Shown: positions 52,069 through 63,743 of the stretch, in pieces
Position numbering within the stretch: the first letter of the stretch is position 1
Layout of the letters: every line of letters begins with the position of its first letter
Source: Octopus sinensis
Lineage: Eukaryota
Length of the DNA stretch: 64,000 nt
Reading direction: 5' to 3'
NCBI RefSeq assembly: GCF_006345805.1
Contig: NC_043018.1
Coordinates: forward strand, 18,352,001-18,416,000
Translations under genes and position numbers: made by a program
Notes under the pieces: model-generated
The model's database searches: none
The model's input: the letters and a program-made list of their open reading frames with translations, nothing else
What the model was told of the DNA's origin: nothing

Positions 52069-52234
52069 AGGCACAGGAGTGGCTGTGTGGTAAGTAGCTT
52101 GCTAACCAACCACATGGTTCCGGGTTCAGTCCCACTGCATGGCATCTTGGGCAAGTGTCTTCTGCTATAGCCCCGGGCTGACCAATGCCTTGTGAGTGGA
52201 TTTGGTAGACGGAAACTGAAAGAAGCCTGTCGTA

Positions 52235-52278
<44 letters not shown>

Positions 52279-52463
52279 GGAAATGAAGAAAATGCTGACA
52301 AAATAATTTAAGTAAGGGAGAGTGTATTTAATTAGGCGAAAGTTCTTTTTACCGGTTGCGCATTTGTTATGCTTATCAAAAGATATTTTTTTAAAAGAAC
52401 TTTCACCTAATTAAATACACTCTCCCTTACTTAAATTATTTTGTTAGCATTTTCTTCATTTCC

Positions 52464-52514
<51 letters not shown>

Positions 52515-52710
52515 TTGTGTGTCTCCCCCTAGCATTGCTTGACAACCGATGCTGGTGTGTTTATGTCCCCGTCACTTAGCGGTTTGGCAAAAAGAGACCG
52601 ATAAATAACTACTGGGCTTACAAAAAAGAATAAGTCCCCGGGGTCGATTTGCTCGACTAAAGGCGGTGCTCCAGCATGGCCACAGTCAAATGACTGAAAC
52701 AAGTAAAAGA
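52069..52710 (+). mobile_element. SINE family A split by a fold-back insertion in its internal (TA)n
   Basis: Head 52069-52235, tail 52500-52710; inverted repeat 52270-52470 between TA tracts. Confidence 0.88.
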
Positions 52711-53154
52711 AAAAAAAAAGAAAAAAAGAAATCCATGGAGCAGGGTAGTTGTTGAGTGGTACCTGCATGAACAGAAGAGACCAGTTGTGTACTAAGAATT
52801 CTCTTTCTACATAAATAAATTACCAGTTCTTTAACCTAATCTTTGGTAGTGCTTATGCCGTCTACTTCTCTTGCACATTTATGTTTTTATAGATGACAGT
52901 TCGCTCGATACACAACTTTATTCATTAATATTCAATCTACATAGAACTGATTATCTTCGTAAGCTAATGGCAACACTTTGCAGCTACAAGGTGCAGCTGC
53001 GATTAATAAACGTTGCTGTTAGTGCAGACATAGCTACGTGGTTAAGCAGCTTGCTTTGTAAACATGTGGTTTGGGTTTCCATTCTGATGTATTTTTTAAA
53101 TACTTTTTTTTTTCAGTCCTGTGACTCATAAGGATGGTTATCTGGTTTCCAAAT

Positions 53155-53760
53155 CATCATCATCACCGTTTAATGTCTATTTTCCATGCTGGCATGGGTT
53201 GGGAGGTTTGACTGGCGGCGAGCTGTCAGAAATGTTAGCACGCTGGGCGAAATGCGTAGCTATATTTCGTCTGCTGTTACGTTCTGAGTTCAAATTCCGC
53301 CGAGGTCGACTTTGCCTTTCATCCTTTCGGGGTCGATTAAATAAGTACCAGTTACGCACTGGGGTCGATATAATCGACTTAACCCGCTTGTCTGTCCTTG
53401 TTTGCCCTCTCTGCGTTTAGCCCCTTGTGGGTAGTAAAGAAATAGGTTTAACTGGGGACTGGCAAGCCAGGAGGCTGCACCAGGCTCCAATGTGATCTGG
53501 TGATGTTTCTACAGCTGGATGCCCTTCCTAATGCCAGCCACTCTGAGAGTGTAGTGGGTGCTTTTTACATGCCACTGGCATGGCAGCCAGTCAGGCAGCA
53601 CTGGTATCAGCCATGTTCGGATGGTGCTTTTTACATGCCACCGCCACAGGAGCGAGTCGGGGCGGAGGTGCTGACACTGACCATGTTCGGACCACCAGCA
53701 TGGTGAGCCAGTCAGGTGGCATGGGCAATGACTCACACATGAAAAGTGCTTATTGCATGC
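53155..53760 (-). mobile_element. LINE-R 3' UTR interrupted by a SINE-B (53214-53444, +)
   Basis: TSD-like ggtttgactgg / ggtttaactgg flanks the SINE-B. Confidence 0.8.
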
Positions 53761-55029
53761 CAAGTAATCTCAATCACAACATTCTCCTTGAACAGGGTGC
53801 TAGCCCTTTGCAGGGATCAATATCAGCTGTATTGAGGAGAGGGGACATGTCGATCACATTGCCCATAGTACTTGACTGGTACTTTATTTTATTGACCCTG
53901 AAAAGATGAAAACCAAAGTTGACCTCAGTCGGATTTGAACTCAGCATTTCATCCAACATGCTAATGATGTTTGCAACCTTAGGTTTTAAACCTGGCACTT
54001 AATCTATCGATCTCTTAGGAAACTGTTAAGTTATGAGGGTATAAACAAACATCAGTTGTTGAGCGGGGAAGAAGGGACACATAATAGGCTTCGACATAGT
54101 TTCCACTCTCCATTCCACTGTCTGGCATTGTTCGGTGCAGGGTTATAGTAAAAGACACTTGAGCAAGGTACCGTGCAGAGGGACTGAACCCCAAACCATG
54201 TGCTTACTAAGCAAACTTTCTAACCACACAGCCATGTCAGCTCCTAATTTCTGAATTGCTTTTGAAATTACTGTTGTTATTGTTAATTGCTAAATTATAA
54301 AATCTGTGATTTAAGCTATCTTTCTCACATCATTCTAGTCATTCTTCCATGAAAATAGTAAAAGAAAAACAAAAAACCCACCAAAACAACAAAAAGCAAA
54401 ATGTTGCTTCGTAATTTGTTTATACAAAATAATAAAAAAAAAACTTTAAAAAAAAACTTTGAAGTTTTTAAAAGAACCAAAAAAAAATGATAATTTATGA
54501 TTTCTATTAGAATTAGATGTGAACTGATTAACTAGAATAATTATCAGAAATGTGATTTTCTATATGTTTTTTTTATTTATTTATTTCCCAAATGATATTG
54601 ATTATATTTCTGTTATTGTTGTTATTTAACCAAAAATTATTTAACAACAGTTCTGATCAAGCAAACCTCCTTTGATCACAGGTACTCCATCCATGACAGT
54701 CTCTTCTGTTTTGTATATCTAGGGCTGCTTTGTCTGATCTCTCCTTCCTCTTTTTTTTTACCCTCGCCACTCTAATCCAACACTTAATAAGGAATGGCAT
54801 TTGATCCGTTATATCTATCGTCACCTCTCTTCCATCACGATGCCTTCGTAATGGATTAATGGCACTCTAGCTCTGTCCATAGCCAGAACTCTGCCAACTA
54901 ATATCAGAAACATGGAGTATGCAACAGAAATGGCAACACCCTGCTTTTCTCAGTTCATGAAGCAAACTTCTTGTTACTCAGTCACATGTGCATCTGTATA
55001 TATTATAGAGAGACCAACATGTATTTTGA

Positions 55030-55380
55030 GTGCAGCCATGCTGGAGCACTGCCTCTAGTCAAACAAATCGACCTCAGGACTTATTCTTTATAAGCCTGGT
55101 ACTTATTCTATCGATCTCTTTTGCTGGAATGCTAAGTTACAGGGATGCAAACACACCAACATCGGTTGCCAAATGATGGTTGGGGAACAAACACAGATAC
55201 ACACACAAATAATATATAAACATGTGATGGGCTTCTTTCAGTTTCCGTCAACCAAATCCACTCACAAGGCTTGGGTTGGCCGGGGCTATAGTAGAAGGAC
55301 ACTTTCCCAAGGTGCCACACAGTGGGACTGAACCTGGAACCATGTGGTTGGGAATCAAGCTCTTCTTACCACACAGCCAC
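55030..55380 (-). mobile_element. SINE family A, diverged
   Basis: Matches the consensus with substitutions. Confidence 0.75.
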
Positions 55381-55559
55381 ACATGTGCTTATACATATAT
55401 ATCTAAAATTGTCAGTCATTGAAAAGCTGCCATTCTGGAGCAGTGCTTCGAAGAATTTAGTTGAATAAATTGACCCCAGTAGAATTAGTCTGCTATTCTA
55501 TGGGTCTCTTTGCTGAACTGCTAAGTTAATGGGACATAACCAAAGCAACATCGGTGTGT

Positions 55560-56460
55560 GTATATCATCATTACCATCATCAATTAATGTCCGCTTTCCA
55601 TGCTAGCATGGGTTGGACGATTTGAATGAGGACTGGTGAGCCAGAGGCTGCACCAGGCTCCAATCTTGATCTAGCAGAATTTCTACAGCTGGATGCCCTT
55701 TCTAACGCTAACCAATCTGAGAGTGTAGTGGGTGCTTTTACGTGCCACCGGCACAAGGGCCAGTTATGCGGTACTGGCAATGGCCACACTCAAATGGTCT
55801 TTTTTACGTGTTACCTGCACAGGAGCCATTCCAACGACACAGGCAACGACCTCACTCGAATGTTTTTTCACATGCCACCAGCACGGAAGCCAGTTAGCTG
55901 CTCTGGCAACAATCACGCTTGGATGGTGCTCTTTGTGCTCCGCTAGCACAGATGCCAGTCATCAAATTTGATTTCGCTTTTGATTTCACTTGCCTCAACA
56001 GGTCTTCGCAAGTACAGTTTAGTGTCTAATGAAGGAAAGGTACGCATAAGTGGGCTGGTTACACCCCTGGCATAGGCCATGAGGTTATGGTCTCATTTGG
56101 CTTTCAAGCACAGCATTTTTCCAAAAGTCTCAGTCACTAGTCATTTCCTTGGTGAGGCCTAATGTTCAAAGGTCATGCTTCACCACTTCATCTCAGGTCT
56201 TCCTGGGTCTACCTCTTCCACAGGTTCTCTCAACTGCTAGGGTGTTTCTCTTTTTCACACAGCTACCCTCATTCATTCTCGCCACATGACCATACCAGCA
56301 CAGTCGTCTCTCTTGCACACCACATCTGATGCTTCTTAGGTTCAAATTTTGCTCTCAAGGTACTTACACTCTGTCGAGTATGCACGCTGACATTACACAT
56401 TCATCGGATCATACTGGATTCTTTCCTTGCGAGCTTATGCATGTCCTCAGTGGTCACGGC
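55560..56460 (-). mobile_element. 5'-truncated RTE-clade LINE (LINE-R): ORF2 C-terminus, repeat-containing 3' UTR, (GAT)n tail
   Basis: Decayed frame ..SSMIR*MCNVS..QERRLCWYGHVARMNEGSCVKK..LAVERTCGRGRPRKT*DEVVKHDL..LGLTKEMTSD*DFWK (56070-56460) continues into the gtggcacgtaaaagcacc-repeat UTR. Confidence 0.85.
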
Positions 56461-57803
56461 CCATACTTTATTTTATTGACCCCAGAAGAATGAAAGGCTA
56501 AGCTGAACTTAGCAGGACTTAATGGATATAAATGGAAATCAGCCCATCACTCTACTGACTTTGCTATTAAAGTGCATGGCCTTGTGGTTAGGGTGTTCAG
56601 CTTATAATCATTAAGGCTGTGAGATCAATTCCTGAATAAGGTAGCATGTTGTGTTCTGGAGCATTTCACATACTCCCCTCAAATATTACTAAAGTCACAG
56701 AAAACCATGAACACCACCACATCAAATAGCTATATAAGATTTAAATATATCATTTTCAAACTAGCTATTGTCTCAATGGTCTTGTGGGTAAAGACATACA
56801 GACATAGCAACATGTATACTTCTTGGACAAAGGATCAATCTTAGCCCATGGCCTATACTGATTGTGTTTTTTTTTCTTCCCCCTTTTAACACATCTCTAG
56901 AGAAAAATAAAACTAAATGAGATCATATCACAATCCCTACCTGAAAACTATTCTAATGATTGATTATTGGTTACATTAGTCTGATAGGTTTAAATACATC
57001 ATTTTCACACTAGTTATTGCTGTTGTCTCAATGGTCTTGTGGGTAAAGACTTGGACACAGCAACACACAAACCTCTTTAAGAAAGGATCAATCTTGCCCT
57101 AAGTATTCAGTGTTTTTTTTTTTCCTGTTTCTCCATTTACAGAAAAAAATAAAACTAAAATCATATCATAATCCCTACCCAAGACTGAAACCTCCATCTA
57201 CCCCACTGCCTTGTAAACATTTCTTAGTTTCAGAAGAGTTAATGGAGAAATCAATTGGTGATGGTGGTGGTGGTGGTGGTGGTAGTGATGGAGGTGACTA
57301 TGTTTGAAATATTGGTGGTTATGATGATGATAATTAAGTTAATGATGATGATTGGGGGGGGGGAAGAGGAGAAGAACAAACAAGCAAGCAAGCGAACGTG
57401 GTAATTACAATGATGGTGGTGGTGGTGGTGGGGAAGATGTTTTATGCCTAGTTGTGATGTAAGGGATATCTTGCTGTGCTGTTGTCATTGTTGGTTAATC
57501 CCGGATCAGCCCAGATTAAATGAACCAGCAAATGAAAGACATGCTAGACATGACCATTCCAACATTTCTTTCTAGGAACATAGTATTTATTGCATTTAAA
57601 AAAATTTTCTTAAACAGGGTGTAACTTTCAGGAAGATTTAGCTGCTATTTCTACCAAATTGAGCAACCACGCGAAGCCTAAACCCTACTTATACAACACT
57701 GTATTTTGTAGTGCAGAATGCAGTATGGGAGCAGTGTCACAGTATGTATTCTAAGGTGTTTCATAATAATACAATATAATGCATGTATGTATGAGAGAGA
57801 ATA

Positions 57804-57903
57804 NNNNNNNNNNNNNNNNNNNNNNNNNNNNNNNNNNNNNNNNNNNNNNNNNNNNNNNNNNNNNNNNNNNNNNNNNNNNNNNNNNNNNNNNNNNNNNNNN
57901 NNN
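57804..57903. other. Assembly gap (100 N)
   Basis: Run of exactly 100 N. Confidence 0.99.
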
Positions 57904-58450
57904 ACAGGTGCCAGTGAAGCGACTTTGGTAATGATCATGCTCGAATGGTGCTCTTTTATGTGCCACTGGCATGGAAGCCAGTTAGCTGCTCTGGCAACGA
58001 TCACGCTTGGATGGTGCTCTTGGCACCCTACTAGCACAGGCACAAATGCCAGTAAGGTGATGCTGGTAACGATCACGCTTGAATGGTGCCCTTTAAGTGC
58101 CACTGGCATGGAAGCCGGTTATATATATATATATATATATCATCATCATCATTTAGCATCTGTTTTCCATGCTAGCATGGGTTGGATGGTTCAACTGGGG
58201 TCTGTGAAGCCAGAAGGCTTCATCAGGCCCAGTCAGATCTGGCAGTGTTTCTATGGCTGGATGCCCTTCCTAACGCCAACCACTCCGTGAGTGTAGTGGG
58301 TGCCTTTTACGTGCCACCTGCACAGGTGCCAGACAGAGCTGGCAAACGCCCATGAATGGATGGTGCTTTTACGTGCCACCGGCACGGGGGCCAGGCGTGG
58401 CTGGCAACGGACACGAACAGATGGTGCTTTTATGTGCCACCGGCACGGGG
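57904..58450 (-). mobile_element. LINE-R 3' UTR pieces
   Basis: Internal repeat units at 57904-58115 and terminus from 58140. Confidence 0.75.
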
Positions 58451-59060
58451 AGGTGCTGGTGTAGCCATGTGGTGGATTTAGTTCCATTGCGTGACACCTT
58501 GGGCATCTGTCTTCTACAACATTCTCAAGCTGACCAAAGCCTTGTGAGAATCAGTTGAGGTTATCGAATATTTTCATTCCACATGCCAACATATTATATT
58601 TGTTACACCTTCATCATCATCGTTATTGCCATCATCATTTTAATGTCCCCTACGGCAGGCTTCTTTCAGTTTCCGTCTACCAAATCCACTCACAAGGCTT
58701 TGGTCAGCCTGAGCCTTTAGTAGAAGACACTTGCCCTAGGTGCCAGGTGCCACGCAGTGGGACTGAACCTGGAACCATGTGGTTGATAAGATCTACCCCA
58801 CAGCACAGGTAGATCTTACATATATATATATGGATATGGATGTATATAATGTATGTGTGTGTATATATATATATATATACATACACATATACATATATAT
58901 ACATACACACACATATGTACAACGCATATATACACTCTTTAATATGTATAATGTATACCTAAATCTAAAAAACCAGTTCCTGTGAAAGTTCCATGCGAAT
59001 ATCCTGAGAATGTTGTATAGAATTAAATGTTCTGAAGTTTATATATATATATATACTTAC

Positions 59061-59294
59061 ACAGGATCAGCATTGACCAAACTCCATCCTCCAAGACATT
59101 GCTCTGGTTCCACAATTAACATCTTCTTCAAATCGTCAATTAGTGTGCGTACATTCTCTTCCTTTTCCAGAAGTTCCCCCTCGATGTCCTCTTCCTGTAA
59201 ACCAGCACTTAATAATGTCTCTTCAGCAATTGGTTGGCCTAACAACACGTCAATGGCTGCCTGTCTGTAGTCGTCTTTGAAACGAAGGTAGTAC
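59061..59294 (-). CDS. INPP5F: SAC2/INPP5F phosphatidylinositide phosphatase, internal exon (end of SAC region into hSac2 domain), 234 nt, phase 2-2
   Basis: Translates (R)YYLRFKDDYRQAAIDVLLGQPIAEE...LKKMLIVEPEQCLGGWSLVNADP(V). This matches vertebrate SAC2 RYYLNRFKDAYRQAVIDLMQG...GGWALIDCDP as recalled from memory. Polypyrimidine acceptor ...tttatctgtcttAG|G at 59296-59295; donor GT|GTAAGT at 59060-59059. Confidence 0.93.
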
Positions 59295-59702
59295 CTAAGA
59301 CAGATAAAAAAAAACAAAGTTGTTTATATATGTATATATAAAGTTGTTATATATATATGTATATGTATATATACATATATATACATATATATAACAAGTT
59401 TTTAAAAAACAAATATCAAAATAAATAAAACATTAGTCTTTAATCAACAGACACAATGTATTACAAAAATATACATGGACCTGCCAACAACTATCGTATC
59501 CTGTTTACTGTGTATACAGTTTGTTTCAAGAGAAATCATGATAAGAGTTTGAAACGTCTCACAGACATTTATCATCCATTTCAGATTCATTGTTCTTCAC
59601 TCGCAATGAAGCACCGAAATATTTGTTCGTTATTTTCCCAAGTGTAACTTTTCCAAGAAAATAAAATTGTCGAGAATTTACTTATATCTATTTCTTGGCT
59701 TA

Positions 59703-59739
<37 letters not shown>

Positions 59740-60728
59740 AAAACCATCTAAGTTTCCCCTTGACGTTTGATAATTTTATCAATCAATTAATGATTCGGTT
59801 TTATTGATTTTTGTTTCTCACCAGAAAATGTTACATTTCCTGACAACTTGGCAAGTTGAGATAATGGACATTTTACTGTCCCTAATCTAATGCCTGTCAC
59901 TATCATCATCAGCATCATCACCATCATCTTATAATCACTTTCTTTGCTGTAATGGGTTAGACAGCATGCCTTGGCCCCAGTCAGTCCTAATTCATGGGTT
60001 CGTTATGCTTTCAGTAACTTATTATTCAAAGGTGCTGCCTTTCTTGATGGGTCGGGGAACTATATATATTTTTAACTCATATATTTCAATTTGGGTTTGG
60101 TTCCTATGGTTGGATGACATCCCTAACACGAACTGCTTTACACAATGTACTGAATGCATTTTATTGCAGCACCAGCATCGGAGGGGTTGTCATGTCTCCT
60201 GCAAGACTAAAGAGTCGTTTTGAACATCCATTGTCTGATTTGTCACCCACTTTACAGAGAGTAGGTGGGGTACATTATCATGGCTCCAGTACTGCTGAGG
60301 TTACCTTTGCAAACCAGAAATCTCAAGAGGATATATTACTTTACATTGTCTTTATTCAAGGCAAGGTGAACAAGAGAGAGAGAGAGATAGAGATAGAGAT
60401 ATATATAGAGAGAAAAGGGTGATGAAAGGTGAGAGAAAGAAGAGCATGAAATAGTGTTTGGGGTGAGATGGTGGCAGAGGAGTGAGTAGTGGAAGAGAGA
60501 CAGTGATGGCAGCAACATGTTTGATGGAAGAGGGGCATTGAAGCAACAGCATGTTTGATGGAAAGTGATAGCAACAACATGTCTGATAGAAGGCATATAT
60601 ATACATCTCCACACATAATACAATGGGCTTCTTTCAGTTTCCATCTACCAAATCCACTCAAGCTTTTGGTCAACAAGGGACTATACTACAAGATGCTTGC
60701 TTAGACAGTGATAACAAAAAAATTACCA

Positions 60729-60909
60729 TAGGCATAGGAGTGGCTGTGTGGTAAGTAGCTTGCTTATCAGCCACATGGTTCCGGGTTCAGTTCCACTCTG
60801 TGGCACCTTGGGCAAGTGTCTTGTACTATATATAGCCTCAGGCTGACTAAAGCCTTGTGAGTGAATTTGGTAGACGGAAACTGAAAGAAGCCTGTTGTAT
60901 ATATGTGAG

Positions 60910-60950
<41 letters not shown>

Positions 60951-61162
60951 ATATGTTTGTGTGTCTTTGTTTGTCCCTTCAACATCACTTGACAACCGAT
61001 ACCGGTGTGTTTACGTCCCTGTAACTTAGTGGTTCGGCAAAAGAGGCTGATAGAATAAGTACTAGGTTTACAAAGAATAAGTCCTGGGGTCGATTTGCTC
61101 GACTTAAAGGCAGTGCTCCAGCATGGTCGCAGTCAAATGACTGAAACAAGTAAAAGAGTAAA
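60729..61162 (+). mobile_element. SINE family A, full length
   Basis: Matches the consensus. Confidence 0.88.
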
Positions 61163-61246
61163 AAAATGACCTCCCAAACAAAAGAATTCATTGCTGGCAA
61201 AATGGCAGCGAAATGGTAGAAAAGCACCCAAAGAAGACTCTTAATC

Positions 61247-62600
61247 TTTTACTTGTTTCAGTCATCAGACTGCGGCCATGCTGGAGTTCTGCCTGAAGAA
61301 TTTTCTAATCAAATGTATCTACCCCTCCATACTCTTTACTCTTTACTTGTTCCAGTCATCAGACTGCGGCCATGCTGGAGTTCTGCCTTGAGAATTTTCT
61401 AATCAAATGTATCTACCCCTCCATACTCTTTACTCTTTTACTTGTTCCAGTCATCAGACTGCGGCCATGCTGGAGTTCTGCCTTGAAGAATTTTCTAATC
61501 AAATGTATCTACCCCTCCATACTCTTTACTCTTTTACTTGTTCCAGTCATCAGACTGCGGCCATGCTGGAGTTCTGCCTTGAAGAATTTTCTAATCAAAT
61601 GTATCTACCCCTCCATACTCTTTACTCTTTTACTTGTTCCAGTCATCAGACTGCGGCCATGCTGGAGTTCTGCCTTGAAGAATTTTCTAATCAAATGTAT
61701 CTACCCCTCCATACTCTTTACTCTTTTACTTGTTCCAGTCATCAGACTGCGGCCATGCTGGAGTTCTGCCTTGAAGAATTTTCTAATCAAGGTATCTACC
61801 CCTCCATACTCTTTACTCTTTTACTTGTTCCAGTCATCAGACTGCGGCCATGCTGGAGTTCTGCCTGAAGAATTTTCTAATCAAATGTATCTACCCCTCC
61901 ATACTCTTTACTCTTTTACTTGTTCCAGTCATCAGACTGCGCCATGCTGGAGTTCTGCCTTGAAGAATTTTCTAATCGAATGCATCTACCCCTCCATACT
62001 CTTTACTCTTTTACTTGTTCCAGTCATCAGACTGCGGCCATGCTGGAGTTCTGCCTTGAAGAATTTTCTAATCGAATGTATCTACCCCTCCATACTCTTT
62101 ACTCTTTTACTTGTTTCAGTCATTTGACTGCGGCCATGCTGGAGTTCTGCCTTGAAGAATTTTCTAATCGAATGTATCTACCCCTCCATACTCTTTACTC
62201 TTTTACTTGTTCCAGTCATCAGACTGCGGCCATGCTGGAGTTCTGCCTTGAAGAATTTTCTAATCGAATGTATCTACCCCTCCATACTCTTTACTCTTTT
62301 ACTTGTTTCAGTCATTTGACTGCGACCATGCTGGAGTTCTGCCTTGAAGAATTTTCTAATCGAATGTATCTACCCCTCCATACTCTTTACTCTTTACTTG
62401 TTCCAGTCATCAGACTGCGGCCATGCTGGAGTTCTGCCTTGAAGAATTTTCTAATCGATGTATCTACCCCTCCATACTCTTTACTCTTTTACTTGTTCCA
62501 GTCATCAGACTGCGGCCATGCTGGAGTTCTGCCTTGAAGAATTTTCTAATCGAATGTATCTACCCCTCCATACTCTTTACTCTTTTACTTGTTTCAGTCA
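61247..62600. repeat. About 96-bp satellite (14 full units) derived from the SINE-A 3' tail
   Basis: gtcat(ca/tt)gactgcg recurs at 61261, 61355, 61450, 61546, 61642, 61738, 61833, 61928, 62023, 62119, 62215, 62311, 62406, 62501 and 62597. Confidence 0.97.
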
Positions 62601-62985
62601 TTTGACTGCGACCATGCTGGAGCACCGCCTTTAATCGAGCAAATCGACCCCGGGACTTAAACTTTTGTAAGCCCAGTACTTATTCTATCGGTCTCTTTTG
62701 CCGAACCGCTAAGTAACGGGGACGTAAACACACCAGCATCGGTTGTCAAGCAATACTAGGAGGACAAACACAGACACACAAACATACACGCACACACATA
62801 TATATATATATACATATATACGACGAGCTTCTTTCAGTTTCCGTCTACCAAATCCACTCACAAGGCATTGGTCGGCCCGCGAGGCTATAGTAGAAGACAC
62901 TTTACCAAGATGCCACACAGTGGGACTGAACCCGGAACCATGAGGTTGGTAAGCAAGCTACTTACCACACAGCCACTCCTGCGCC
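62580..62985 (-). mobile_element. SINE family A, full length, contiguous with the satellite
   Basis: The last satellite unit runs directly into gagcaccgcctttaatcgagc. Confidence 0.92.
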
Positions 62986-63004
62986 CATTAGTTAGTTATT
63001 TTTT

Positions 63005-63121
63005 ATAAGCCTGGCATTTATTCTATTGGTCCCTTTTGCTAAACTGCTAAGTTACAGGGACATAATCACAACAGCACTGGCTGTCAAGTGGTGGTGGGGG
63101 GACAAACACAAATAAAAAGAA

Positions 63122-63179
<58 letters not shown>

Positions 63180-63335
63180 GATGGGCTTCTTTCAGTTTCT
63201 GTCTGCCAAATCCATTCACAAGGCTTTTGTCAGCCCGAGGCTACAGTAAAAGACACTTGCTCATGGTGCCACACAGTGGGACTGAACCCAGAACCATGTA
63301 GTTGGGAAGCTAGCTTCTTACCACACAGCCACGCT
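63005..63335 (-). mobile_element. SINE family A, diverged
   Basis: Matches the consensus. Confidence 0.75.
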
Positions 63336-63743
63336 TGTGCCTGTCACACTTTGAGCGAATCTTTACAGAAACATTGGCGCTGTAAATAGATTTACTTAAT
63401 GTTGTAAAAGGAAAGAAATTATTTTATTCATTGTAAGTCGATCTACTTATAATGTCTAATTTCTTTCTATTGCAACATAAAATAAATCTATTTAATGTTC
63501 TAATAAAAAAGAAATTAGACTTTGTAAGGTAAATCTATTTAATGTTATAACAGAAAAATTAGACACAGTAAGATCTAATTAATGTTGGAACGAACAATTG
63601 AGGAGGTGCAGTATGGCCAAATAGTTAAGGAATTAGCTTTACAGCCATGTGGTACTAGTTTTGATTCCATCATGTGGCATCTTGAGCAAATGTCATTTTC
63701 TATAGCCCTGGATCAACCCATACTTTGTGACTGAAAATGAGTA

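Noticed and set aside
54760-54990. Unique CpG-containing segment with a short minus frame SAINPLRRHRDGREVTIDITDQMPFLIKCWIRVAR
   Set aside because: No SAC2 similarity, weak splice sites, stops nearby in all frames; cannot be supported as an exon.
61372-62605. ORFs of 153-251 aa
   Set aside because: Translation of the 96-bp SINE-tail satellite.
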